A stretch of 64,000 nucleotides of DNA from a virus: positions 24,267 to 88,266 of IMG/VR virus record IMGVR_UViG_3300025687_005582. One strand, 5' to 3'. Positions 55,150 to 64,000 of the stretch are shown here, piece after piece. The notes under the pieces are model-generated. The model saw only the letters and a list, made by a program, of their open reading frames with translations, did no database searches and had not been told where the DNA came from. Position numbers and translations under genes: made by a program. The stretch's first letter is position 1. Every line of letters begins with the position of its first letter.

Positions 55150-55899
55150 ATGGGATTAGTATTAGAAAATGGTTTCTGGCAACTACAGGCAGACGGCAGC
55201 AATGTCAAAACTGTTGCACAGACCTTGTCCCCCTCATCTGGAACTCCTTCCAGTATTGCAGATGGTGCTACATTAGATGCTGGGATGCTAAATGGGTGGG
55301 TTGTTAAAGATCCAAATGGGGTCTTTAACGCAGTAACAGATGATGGTACCACATGTAATATTAAATTTGATCAGGGGGGCGGCGGAACGTTAACGCCTTC
55401 TAATGGCAGTGCCTTTGTAACTAATGGACTAATTCAATACCCCAATCTTCTTATGGGGGATTTTGATTTCGCTATATACACCGATAACCCGGGAAGTGTT
55501 GCGAGTGTAAATACAGAGATAGATATAATGGCCGGTGGTGGTAACGCGGTTAACGAAGCACACTGGTTAGGTCATAGGTACGGAAGATGGAACGCATCGC
55601 TCGCCAAATACTATGGGATGGGTGCTTTCGGATCCCAGGCCCTTGTTCACAACGGAACTTCAAATTTATCCAGAACCACAGCAAGATGGATTGGTATTAA
55701 GCGTGTGAGCCAGACAGTTTCGTTTCGTGAAGGCGGCACAGCCGAAACGCCAAGTTGGACCGACACCGACAAGCAATGGGACGCCGCCGGCGGTGCCGTC
55801 CGAATCGCAATATCATTTTTTGCTGGCTCCGCAACTGAGGAAACTTACAGGCTTTATAAAGTTATTCTCAATGGCTCTGAGTACACGGCTACTCCATAA
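55150..55899 (+). CDS. Hypothetical beta-sandwich (lectin-like?) protein
   Basis: 'GDFDFAI...WIGIKRVSQTVSF' resembles concanavalin-like strands; follows the fibre gene. Confidence 0.45.
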   Translation: MGLVLENGFWQLQADGSNVKTVAQTLSPSSGTPSSIADGATLDAGMLNGWVVKDPNGVFNAVTDDGTTCNIKFDQGGGGTLTPSNGSAFVTNGLIQYPNLLMGDFDFAIYTDNPGSVASVNTEIDIMAGGGNAVNEAHWLGHRYGRWNASLAKYYGMGAFGSQALVHNGTSNLSRTTARWIGIKRVSQTVSFREGGTAETPSWTDTDKQWDAAGGAVRIAISFFAGSATEETYRLYKVILNGSEYTATP

Positions 55900-55984
55900 T
55901 TAAACTTTTCATACTGTATAAGCGAGTACCTTAACTTTACGCTTCTTAAATAAAACAGTTTTCGTCATTTAGAAAAATAAAACA

Positions 55985-55991
55985 CTATTTA
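55985..55991 (+). promoter_or_regulatory. CTATTTA putative late promoter (scaffold-capsid genes)
   Basis: Intergenic, 35 nt before ATG 56027. Confidence 0.6.
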
Positions 55992-56026
55992 TTTTTGACG
56001 AGCTATCGTGTTTGGAGTTAATTTTT

Positions 56027-57301
56027 ATGTCTTCACTATTAGAAGAGGCGATCGTGGACGCCAAAGCCCTTAAGGAAGCAGCATTGAAGAATGCTGAGAA
56101 TGTTGTATTGGAAAAGTATTCGGGCGAAGTTAAGAAAGCCTTAGATACTTTACTAGAGCAAGAAGAACTAGAAGAGGGTGGCGAAGACGAGACTCTTACA
56201 GAGTTCACAGACGATGTTCCTTACGCATTTCAGAACGAAGAGTTAGATGCTTTAGAAGAAGACGAAATTGTTGAGATTGATTTTGATGCTCTCAAGGCTC
56301 GTTTAGAAAAGGAAGATGAAGTTGTTGAGGAAGAAGACCTTAACGATGCTCTAGAGATGGCTGACGATATGGCTGGTGGCGAGATGGCCCCAGAGCTTGA
56401 AGCTTCTGCCGAGGAAGATACTGCCGAACTAGGTGCAGAGCCAGTCGAGCCACTAGAAGAAGGCAAAGACCGTTTCATTATCATGAAGAGCAGCCGAGCC
56501 CTGGACGACGGCAAAGCGCAGCCAAGCAACGCTTATTCCAACCCCGCAACCACTAAGAAGGCTGGTGTGAAGGCTGGACACGTTTACGACTCCAAAGAAG
56601 CCGCAGAGAAAGATGCCAAAAAGCTGGGAGACGCCAACCCGGTGGGCTTCACAGTTGTGAAACTGGCTAGCAAGGATCTAGATGAAGATCTCGATCTATC
56701 CGGACTTTTTATTGAAGAATTAATAGAAGAGCTTGTTGTTGATATGGATACATCACCAGCAGGCTTCTCTTCACTCGGTGGCGCTTACAATAGTGTGATG
56801 CAAGCAAATAATGATGCTATTGCAGCTGCTAAGGAAGCACACCTTGAGGAAGAAGAGGAAGAGGAGATTGAAGAAGATACCGCACCAGATGTTGTGCCGG
56901 TTGAACTTCATGAGGCAAAGATCTCCAAACTTACAGAATCTAACAGAGAGCTTCGTGCTCTCATTGTTGAAGCAAAGGATCAACTTACAAAGTTGAATCT
57001 TGATAACGCCAAGCTTGTTTATCAAAACAAGGCTTTGAATAGCGCCTCCTTGAATGAGCGACAAAAAGCACAAATTGTCGAAGCTGTTCAATCTGCCAAT
57101 TCTGTTGAAGAAGCAAGTATGATTTTTGAAACAATTCAAAACGCAGTGGGGAACACTCCTGATCAGAGAACACGTCCACAAACACTACGTGAAGCGGTTC
57201 AAAGACCTACGTCGCTTTTGATCAATTCTAAGAGAAACAACGAGGCAACTAAGGATCCAGCAATGGGTCGTATGCTGCGTTTAGCAGGTTTGAATAAATA
57301 A
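56027..57301 (+). CDS. Prohead scaffold/core protein (T4 gp22-like)
   Basis: Highly acidic, many LxE sites, C-terminal coiled coil ending 'RMLRLAGL'; immediately upstream of the capsid gene; ATG at 56027. Confidence 0.75.
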   Translation: MSSLLEEAIVDAKALKEAALKNAENVVLEKYSGEVKKALDTLLEQEELEEGGEDETLTEFTDDVPYAFQNEELDALEEDEIVEIDFDALKARLEKEDEVVEEEDLNDALEMADDMAGGEMAPELEASAEEDTAELGAEPVEPLEEGKDRFIIMKSSRALDDGKAQPSNAYSNPATTKKAGVKAGHVYDSKEAAEKDAKKLGDANPVGFTVVKLASKDLDEDLDLSGLFIEELIEELVVDMDTSPAGFSSLGGAYNSVMQANNDAIAAAKEAHLEEEEEEEIEEDTAPDVVPVELHEAKISKLTESNRELRALIVEAKDQLTKLNLDNAKLVYQNKALNSASLNERQKAQIVEAVQSANSVEEASMIFETIQNAVGNTPDQRTRPQTLREAVQRPTSLLINSKRNNEATKDPAMGRMLRLAGLNK

Positions 57302-57332
57302 ACAATAACATTCATATGGAGGTATATTAAAA

Positions 57333-59063
57333 ATGTCTATTGTACAAAGATTGACAGAGGGTATCGTCAATCGTGATCTCGCCAAGGAGGGTGCTGCACT
57401 TATCAACAAGTGGGAGCAGACCGGTCTTCTTGAGGGCATCTCTGACGATACAAAGAGAAACGGTATGGCCCGTTTGCTTGAGAATCAGGCAAAGGAGCTT
57501 CTCCGTGAGTCTTCCAGCATGGCTGCTGGTGACGTAGAGGGTTTTGCCGCTGTTGCATTCCCACTTGTACGCCGTGTATTCGGTTCCTTGATCGCTAACG
57601 ATCTCGTAAGTGTTCAGCCAATGAGCCTTCCATCAGGTCTCATTTTCTTCCTTGACTTTAAGTACGGTGGTGTCTTCGGCAGCACAGCTGATCGTCTTGG
57701 AAACGTATTCGATACATCACTCTACGGTGGTGGGCGAGTTGGTTCCCAGATCACCGGTGGTGTTCTTCTAACCGGAGTAAACGCTGAGCGTGGTCCTTAC
57801 GCACTTAACAACGGTTACTCTTCACCAACAGGTTCGATTACTATCACAACTACAATCCGCGCATCTGGCTCTGTCGGTGCAAACGGTGAGTTCCTCGCAG
57901 ACGCAGGATCCACATCTGGTTACGATGGCGTCGATATGCTACAGTTCGATCCGGATCTAGTTTCCGGATCCGAGGTTGCAATTGCTACAATTCCGAAGTC
58001 TCAGTTGACAACAGGTCAGTTTAACTTTGACGATTTTGTTGCTATTACTGTTGCTGAAGGTGCTGCTCCTGCCCTAGCGAATGGTCGCTTGGTTCGCCGC
58101 CTCACACGCGAAGACGATCAGAACGCAGATCTTGTTCTTCTTATCGTTAATGCTTCTGGCTCTGAGAAGGCACCATTACTCTCTAGCTCTCTAAACGCCG
58201 TAACCACCTGCACAGCTCCTATCAAGGATGACTTTATTACCGGTGGTTCCATTGGTTCCGTTGTTGGTGATCAGACATGGGGTCTTGAGGGAAGTGAACA
58301 AATCCCAGAGATCGACATCAAGGTCGATTCCGTAGCAGTCACAGCTGTAACCAAGAAGCTCAAGGCTAAGTGGACACCAGAGTTGGGTCAAGACCTCAAC
58401 GCTTACCACAACCTTGACGCTGAGGTTGAGCTTACTCAGATTCTTTCTGAGCAGATTGCTCTTGAGATCGACCGCGAGATCCTTGAGGATCTTATACGTG
58501 GTGCGACAGCCGGTACACGTTACTGGTCCCGTCTCCCAGGTCAGTTCTTGAACCGTCTAACTGGTGCTGTTTCAGCTACAACCCAGGACTTCACTGGTAA
58601 CGTATCTGAGTGGTACGAGACTCTCGTTGAAACAATCAACGAGGTTTCTGCTGAGATCCACCGTAAGACTCTTCGTGGTGCTGCAAACTTTGTGGTATGC
58701 TCCCCAGAGGTTGCTAACATCCTTGAGTTCACAGCTGGCTTCCGTGCAAACGTTACAGCCGATGCTGACCGTGGTGATATCGGTGCTGTTCGCGTTGGTT
58801 CCCTCTCCAAGAAGTTTGATGTTATGGTTGACCCATACTTCCCACGTCAGTTGATCCTCGTTGGTCGACGTGGCTCCAGCTTCCTTGAGAGCGGCTACGT
58901 GTACGCACCTTACGTACCACTACAGACCACACCAACAATCTTCGGTGTAGAGGACTTCGTACCTCGCAAGGGTGTCATGACCCGTTACGCCAAGAAGATG
59001 GTCCGTCCAGACATGTACGGCTTGGTTATTTGTAGAGGTCTTGTTGAGAACCCAACAAGCTAG
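57333..59063 (+). CDS. gp23: Major capsid protein (T4 gp23-like)
   Basis: 'KW..LLEG..LLENQ', 'LVRR..LVSVQPM..PSGLIF', 'KLKAKWTPELGQDL.AYH..DAE.EL..ILS..EIDREI', 'YAPYVPL', 'GVMTRY'. Confidence 0.97.
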   Translation: MSIVQRLTEGIVNRDLAKEGAALINKWEQTGLLEGISDDTKRNGMARLLENQAKELLRESSSMAAGDVEGFAAVAFPLVRRVFGSLIANDLVSVQPMSLPSGLIFFLDFKYGGVFGSTADRLGNVFDTSLYGGGRVGSQITGGVLLTGVNAERGPYALNNGYSSPTGSITITTTIRASGSVGANGEFLADAGSTSGYDGVDMLQFDPDLVSGSEVAIATIPKSQLTTGQFNFDDFVAITVAEGAAPALANGRLVRRLTREDDQNADLVLLIVNASGSEKAPLLSSSLNAVTTCTAPIKDDFITGGSIGSVVGDQTWGLEGSEQIPEIDIKVDSVAVTAVTKKLKAKWTPELGQDLNAYHNLDAEVELTQILSEQIALEIDREILEDLIRGATAGTRYWSRLPGQFLNRLTGAVSATTQDFTGNVSEWYETLVETINEVSAEIHRKTLRGAANFVVCSPEVANILEFTAGFRANVTADADRGDIGAVRVGSLSKKFDVMVDPYFPRQLILVGRRGSSFLESGYVYAPYVPLQTTPTIFGVEDFVPRKGVMTRYAKKMVRPDMYGLVICRGLVENPTS

Positions 59064-59089
59064 TTAGTCTGACTTAAGGTCAAAATAAT

Positions 59090-59127
59090 GAAAGCCCTGC
59101 CTCTTTTGAGGTGGGGCTTTCTATTTA
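59090..59127 (+). terminator. Terminator-like hairpin after the capsid gene
   Basis: GAAAGCCCTGCCTC-TTTT-GAGGTGGGGCTTTC stem (14 bp with two G-U pairs) followed by TATTTA. Confidence 0.7.
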
Positions 59128-59155
59128 TTAATAGATAAAAATCAGAGGACCGTTA

Positions 59156-60424
59156 ATGTCAATTCCAAATCTCAATCCAGCATCCACTTCAAACGCCAAT
59201 ATACTTCCAGTTACAGGGGCGGCAGGAAATGTAGCAACAACTTTACCTTTTGGTATATATGCCACATCAAATGCTTTTCTATCTGGTGCAGCTGACCAAG
59301 TTGCTTATACTTACAAGAAGTTGGGTGGCGATGTTTTAGATATCGAGTTAGCAGAAGGAAACGTTTATGCCGCTTACGAAGAAGCAGTTTTAGAATACTC
59401 GTACTTAGTAAACCTATTCCAAACAAAGAACTCTCTTTCTTCTTACCTTGGAGCTACAACAGGATCCTTTGATCAAGATGGACAGATTGTATCAGGCGAT
59501 TCTTTATCCGGATCTAACATCGCTTTACGTTATCCAAGGTTTGATTATGGTTATGTTCGTAGAATCTCTGAAGGTCTTGCAACAGAAGCTGGCTTTGGTG
59601 GCACAACACCAATATATTCAGCATCAGTGAATAGAGTAGCCAATCAGCAAGATTACGATTTACAAACAATCATTTCGGCATCTTCTGCCAATAGTTCGTC
59701 TGTTCCTTTCTACGAACAGGTCGGAGATAAAAGAGTAACCATTAGAAAAGTATTCTTCAAGACTCCACGAGCAATGTGGAGATTTTATGGTTACTACGGT
59801 GGCTTCTCTGTTGTTGGTAACTTAAGAACTTATGGCCAGTACGCTGATGACTCTACATTTGAGATTGTCCCAACTTGGCAGAACAAACTTCAAGCAATGG
59901 CTTATGAAGATGCGCTTTGGACAAGAGTCTCACATTATTCTTATGAGATTCACGACAACAAGTTAAGGATTTTCCCAATACCTGATTCAACTTCGCCAGA
60001 AAAGTTCTGGGTTCAGTTTACAATTAACAACCAATATGAGCCTTGGGACAATCAGCCAGGAATAGATAACGGAGCGGAGGGCGTTAACAACATTAACACG
60101 CTTCCATTCGAGAACATTCCATATGAAAACATTAACGCTATAGGCAAGCAATGGATTCGTAGATTTGCTTTGGCACTAACAAAAGAGATCTTAGGACAAA
60201 TAAGAGGTAAGTTTTCCTCTGTTCCAATCCCAGGAGAATCTGTAACTCTTAACGCTGCAGAACTTCTTTCGCAAGCCAGAGCTGAAATGGATCAGTTGAG
60301 AGAAGAACTTAAAACCATTCTTGAAGATACCACTTACGATAAGTTGGCTGCTGTCGACTCCACGATGCAAGACTCTGGCAGGAAGGTTCTTGAGAACATC
60401 CCAGCTGGCATTTACGTAGGATAA
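59156..60424 (+). CDS. Neck/head-tail adaptor protein (T4 gp13-like)
   Basis: 'KLGGDVLDIEL', 'QWIRRFALALTKEILGQIRGKF..IPG..VTLN..L..A..E..L.EEL'. Confidence 0.8.
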   Translation: MSIPNLNPASTSNANILPVTGAAGNVATTLPFGIYATSNAFLSGAADQVAYTYKKLGGDVLDIELAEGNVYAAYEEAVLEYSYLVNLFQTKNSLSSYLGATTGSFDQDGQIVSGDSLSGSNIALRYPRFDYGYVRRISEGLATEAGFGGTTPIYSASVNRVANQQDYDLQTIISASSANSSSVPFYEQVGDKRVTIRKVFFKTPRAMWRFYGYYGGFSVVGNLRTYGQYADDSTFEIVPTWQNKLQAMAYEDALWTRVSHYSYEIHDNKLRIFPIPDSTSPEKFWVQFTINNQYEPWDNQPGIDNGAEGVNNINTLPFENIPYENINAIGKQWIRRFALALTKEILGQIRGKFSSVPIPGESVTLNAAELLSQARAEMDQLREELKTILEDTTYDKLAAVDSTMQDSGRKVLENIPAGIYVG

Positions 60425-60428
60425 ATAA

Positions 60429-61373
60429 ATGTCACGTAGCAAAAGAACTGAGAGACAAATAAAAGATAAGAGATCGCAACGTTTTGATTATGTTGGCGAC
60501 AAAGAAGTTGCTGCTAAACTTCAAGAGATAGAGTTTATGCCTTCGTCTTTAGAGACGATAGATAAAGCTATGCTTCGTTTTATTGATGAAGAACTTAACC
60601 TTTTTGCCACAACAAATAATGGTTTTAAGAAAGTTCCAGTTCTGTGGGTTACAGCCGAGCGAGCCTTTCAGATAAAACACAACAAAGATCTGCGAGATAA
60701 AGAAGAAACTTTAATTCTTCCTTTAATAACAGTGAATAGAGCAAATGTAACTAAAGAGCAAAACTATCGCGGCACTGTGTTTGCGAACCTATACCCCGTT
60801 GATGATGAAAAAGGTGGCACTATTACTGTTGCGAGACAAATAAATCAAAAGAAGACAGCAGAGTTTCAGAATGCACAGGCAAATAGAAAATACGGTGCTG
60901 ATAAAGATGTTTCCAGCAAAATGCTAAACACAAACAAAAGAAACATGTCAACCGCAAAGACAGTGTATGAAACAATAACTATCCCAATCCCTACTTGGGT
61001 TAAAGTAATGTATGAGATTACCATTAGAACAGAGTATCAGCAGCAAATGAATGAGCTTATTCGTCCGTTCATTACAATTCCTGGGAACTCAAGAACTCCA
61101 AAGCGTATTGAGGCTGAGGGGCACTATTACGAAATCTTTATCGATGGCGGGTTTTCCAATAACTCCAATCAAGCCAATCTTGGTATGGAGCAAAGAAACT
61201 ACGAAACCAATATCAATATTGAAACTCTTGGTTACCTTATTGGTGAGGGAGAAAACCAAGAAAGACCAAAGATTGTCAAACGCCAAAATGCTGTTGATAT
61301 CAAACTCGGCAGAGAAAGAACCATAGTCGGAGATATCCCACAAAGCATTAAAGATGGTTTTTACAGAGAATAA
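60429..61373 (+). CDS. Tail terminator/sheath stabiliser (T4 gp15-like)
   Basis: 'KVPVLW..ER', 'LPLITV', 'P..V.VMYEITI..QQMNELI'; lies between neck and sheath genes. Confidence 0.65.
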   Translation: MSRSKRTERQIKDKRSQRFDYVGDKEVAAKLQEIEFMPSSLETIDKAMLRFIDEELNLFATTNNGFKKVPVLWVTAERAFQIKHNKDLRDKEETLILPLITVNRANVTKEQNYRGTVFANLYPVDDEKGGTITVARQINQKKTAEFQNAQANRKYGADKDVSSKMLNTNKRNMSTAKTVYETITIPIPTWVKVMYEITIRTEYQQQMNELIRPFITIPGNSRTPKRIEAEGHYYEIFIDGGFSNNSNQANLGMEQRNYETNINIETLGYLIGEGENQERPKIVKRQNAVDIKLGRERTIVGDIPQSIKDGFYRE

Positions 61374-61384
61374 TTCTCTTCCTA

Positions 61385-61401
61385 CTATTTAACACTATTT
61401 A
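61385..61401 (+). promoter_or_regulatory. Tandem CTATTTA putative late promoters (tail sheath)
   Basis: Two copies 10 nt apart (61385, 61395) in the intergenic gap before ATG 61438. Confidence 0.65.
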
Positions 61402-61437
61402 CTTTGAACATTTTCGCAATGTAGGAGAACCGAACGA

Positions 61438-64000
61438 ATGTCAGTTAAGAATTACCGATTTGTATCCCCAGGAGTTTTCGTCAACGAAATTGATAACTCC
61501 CAACTTCCTGCTTCCCCGGCCGGAATCGGTCCAGTTATCATTGGTCGCGCCGAGAAGGGACCAGCTTTAAGACCAATAACAGTTAACTCTTTTGAAGAGT
61601 TTGTTAACATTTTCGGAACCCCTGCCCCAGGTAATGATGGTGAAGACATTTGGCGCCAAGGTAACAGCACAACAGCCACAACATATGGCATGTATGCTGC
61701 TCAAGCTTATCTCCGCAATAGTTCTCCCTTGACTTACATTCGCTTACTTGGTGCCGAGTCTCAAAATGCTACAACAGCTGGCGAGGCCGGCTGGCAAGCG
61801 AGTGGCGATGCTTACGGCGTTTTCTTGTTCAATACAAACGCTCCGGCAGCAGGCGTCACCGGCTCTCTATCGGGTGCTCTTGCCGCAATCATCTACACAG
61901 CTGAGGATTACACTGTTGAGTTAAGTGGTACCGTATTGGCTGCTACAGCATCAGGTGGGGCTTTTGAAGACGGAGATATTGTCTCAGGCTCCGATTATGT
62001 TATCAAAGAAGCCTCTTCTAACTTCACAGCGCTTATTAAGAGTGGCTCTACAGAAGAGAAAGTAACTTTCAACTTTACCGAAACTGATGCGCGCTACATT
62101 CGTAAGGTTCTTAACACGAACCCACAGAGACTTAACTCGGGTATTACAACAGATACAAAGAATTACTTCTTGGGTGAAACTTTTGATGGACACATCAACA
62201 ACATTCTTAACTCTAGTGCTACAACTTATGCTGCAGTCGCAAGGATTAAGAATAACGATTCGTACACTGGTGAAGACTTCCGCCAGCCAGTACGAGCAGC
62301 TAGAACACCACAGATCATTAGTTGCCGACTCGCTCCAACAGAAGCGCCTCTTAACTTGTTCCAGTTTATTGCAAGAGGCGAAGGCGGTGATTGGACAAAC
62401 AAAAACATTAAGATTTCTATCCAAGATATTAAGCAGTCCACAAACACCGACACTGATTACGGTACTTTCTCTGTGGTCATTCGCCACATCAGCGATAGCG
62501 ACAACGTAGTTCGTGTTGTAGAACAGTTCAACAACTGTACTCTTAACCCTAACTCTCTTGATTATGTAGCTCGTAAGATTGGTGATTACAGAGAGCGTTG
62601 GGATGAGACTGAGAGACGTTATGTTCAGGAAGGTAACTACCAGAACAACTCACAATACGTTTACATTTCTATGAATAGCGATGTGGATGCCGGCGTAACA
62701 GACGCTGCGCTTCTACCATTCGGTTTCCAAGGTATCGTTAAGTACGATGACGAAGCAGATCTTTCTGGCTCTGTAACAGGTAACTGGGTCTCTGGCTCAC
62801 TTTCAGTTCCATCCGGTTACACATCTAACGCTTTCGTGATTTCTGGCTCCTCTGTTACCGCATCCGTTGCATATCCCCGCCCAACATTGCGTGCAAACGC
62901 AACAGACGGCAACCTTACTAACCCAACAGATGCTTACTTTGGTTTGCAAACAACACCATCTGCCGCTAGCACAAGATACGAGAAGTCAACTATGGACCTC
63001 TTAAGACCTCGTGGCGGTATTGTAGATATTGAAGGATCATCCGCTGCAGCAGCAACCGTTCTTTCGCCTACATTTACATTGGACGACATTGCATCTGGCT
63101 CAGCAGCAGAGGGTGTATACGTAACAGGATCACACGCTGGTGTCGTATCTGGCGCTCCAGCCGGTTCTTACACATTTGCTAGTGGTGCCATCGCAGGCGT
63201 ACTGGACGCTGGTTACGATCGTTTCACGGTGCCGCTATTCGGTGGATTTGACGGAACGGACGTTTTAGAGATGGACCCATTTGCTAACAGAACAATGTCC
63301 AGCACTGCTTCCGACACAAACAGTTACGAGTTCTTCTCTATCCGTAGAGCCATAGACTCAGTAGCTGATCCAGAGGTTGTTGAGATGAATCTAGCGGCAG
63401 TTCCGGGTCTTACACAAGATGGTCTAACAACACACTTGGTAAGAACTTGTGAGGATCGTGCAGACGCTCTAGCTGTTATCGATCTTCCAGGCGCCTTCAC
63501 TCCGCGCGAGGAAAGCACAGCGATTAACCGCAACAACACATCAAACAACATTACAACACTTGTAAATGGTTTGAGAGACCGAGGACTAAACTCTTCTTAC
63601 GGTTGTGCTTACTACCCATGGGTCAGAGCAAGAGACACCATCAATGGCTCCTTCCTTTGGTTACCACCATCCGTAGCAGCTATTGGCACATTCTCTAGCT
63701 CACAGCGTAGAACACAGGTTTGGTTCGCACCAGCTGGTTTCAACCGTGGTGGACTAACAGAAGGCTCTGCCGGCATCCCAGTTATTGATGTTGCTCACCA
63801 GCTTCGTCGCAAGGATCGTGACGATCTTTATGGGGCGAACATTAACCCAATCGCTAAGTTCCCAGCTGAGGGTGTTGTAATCTTCGGCCAGAAGACACTA
63901 CAGGTTACACCTTCTGCTTTGGATCGCATTAACGTTCGCCGCCTAATGATCTTTGTTAAGAAGCGCATCTCCCAGATCGCATCTGGCTTGCTCTTCGATC
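61438..64000 (+). CDS. gp18: Tail sheath protein (T4 gp18-like), 3'-truncated
   Basis: Not in the track because no stop is reached. Begins MSVKNYRFVSPGVFVNEIDNS and in the same frame contains 'WFAPAGFNRG', 'INPI', 'GQKT', 'DRINVRRL'. Confidence 0.95.
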   Translation, partial: MSVKNYRFVSPGVFVNEIDNSQLPASPAGIGPVIIGRAEKGPALRPITVNSFEEFVNIFGTPAPGNDGEDIWRQGNSTTATTYGMYAAQAYLRNSSPLTYIRLLGAESQNATTAGEAGWQASGDAYGVFLFNTNAPAAGVTGSLSGALAAIIYTAEDYTVELSGTVLAATASGGAFEDGDIVSGSDYVIKEASSNFTALIKSGSTEEKVTFNFTETDARYIRKVLNTNPQRLNSGITTDTKNYFLGETFDGHINNILNSSATTYAAVARIKNNDSYTGEDFRQPVRAARTPQIISCRLAPTEAPLNLFQFIARGEGGDWTNKNIKISIQDIKQSTNTDTDYGTFSVVIRHISDSDNVVRVVEQFNNCTLNPNSLDYVARKIGDYRERWDETERRYVQEGNYQNNSQYVYISMNSDVDAGVTDAALLPFGFQGIVKYDDEADLSGSVTGNWVSGSLSVPSGYTSNAFVISGSSVTASVAYPRPTLRANATDGNLTNPTDAYFGLQTTPSAASTRYEKSTMDLLRPRGGIVDIEGSSAAAATVLSPTFTLDDIASGSAAEGVYVTGSHAGVVSGAPAGSYTFASGAIAGVLDAGYDRFTVPLFGGFDGTDVLEMDPFANRTMSSTASDTNSYEFFSIRRAIDSVADPEVVEMNLAAVPGLTQDGLTTHLVRTCEDRADALAVIDLPGAFTPREESTAINRNNTSNNITTLVNGLRDRGLNSSYGCAYYPWVRARDTINGSFLWLPPSVAAIGTFSSSQRRTQVWFAPAGFNRGGLTEGSAGIPVIDVAHQLRRKDRDDLYGANINPIAKFPAEGVVIFGQKTLQVTPSALDRINVRRLMIFVKKRISQIASGLLFD

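Noticed and set aside
55962-56001. Hairpin TCGTC..AAAAATAAA/TTTATTTTT..GACGA around the scaffold promoter motif
   Set aside because: Mostly A-U pairs with a 6-nt bulge in AT-rich DNA, so it is plausible by chance, and no equivalent was seen at other motif copies.
350-63551. Many short antisense and alternate-frame ORFs in the track (e.g. 14574-15035, 27026-27484, 54071-54604, 61984-62487, 62087-62509)
   Set aside because: They are shadows of long, motif-bearing + strand genes, including the untracked sheath ORF, and carry no recognisable motifs.
1-64000. tRNA/rRNA genes, CRISPR arrays, introns/inteins, integrase/transposase, diversity-generating retroelement
   Set aside because: Intergenic gaps are short and show no cloverleaf or repeat-spacer pattern. 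Terminase, primase and capsid ORFs are continuous with no intein motifs, and no reverse transcriptase or recombinase was seen. Visual inspection only.
1-64000. Stop-codon reassignment, as seen in some large phages
   Set aside because: Genes are full length in code 11, and TAA, TAG and TGA all end genes at junctions tightly coupled to the next start.

Overview
A 64-kb fragment of a large T4-like (contractile-tailed) bacteriophage genome, read in the standard genetic code, with all but one gene on the + strand. Left end (1-4.9 kb): an AT-rich sugar cassette with two DegT-type aminotransferases, RmlA, RmlB, a glycosyltransferase and a sulfotransferase-like protein. 4.9-37.3 kb: small ORFs, a gp55-like late sigma factor, then a long baseplate/tail module (M15-peptidase hub, spike, gp25, gp6, a 2936-aa LamG protein and others). 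37.3-43.4 kb: a DNA-metabolism island (RuvC-like resolvase, primase, fused Mre11-Rad50, a minus-strand J-domain protein). 43.4-64 kb: a probable lysis cassette, then terminase, portal, prohead protease, ribosomal protein bS21, neck proteins, scaffold, major capsid, tail terminator and a tail sheath cut by the window end. Best leads: (1) a selective [S/T]-[G/A/S]-S tripeptide enrichment in outer virion proteins, a possible glycosylation sequon linked to the sugar cassette; (2) head-packaged cargo modules apparently released by the prohead protease, including one inserted in the scaffold; (3) a 16-codon leader peptide with a 10-nt Shine-Dalgarno and tetraloop hairpins upstream of the protease-bS21 genes; (4) a recurring CTATTTA late-promoter motif. 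All assignments come from motif recognition by eye; no database search was run.
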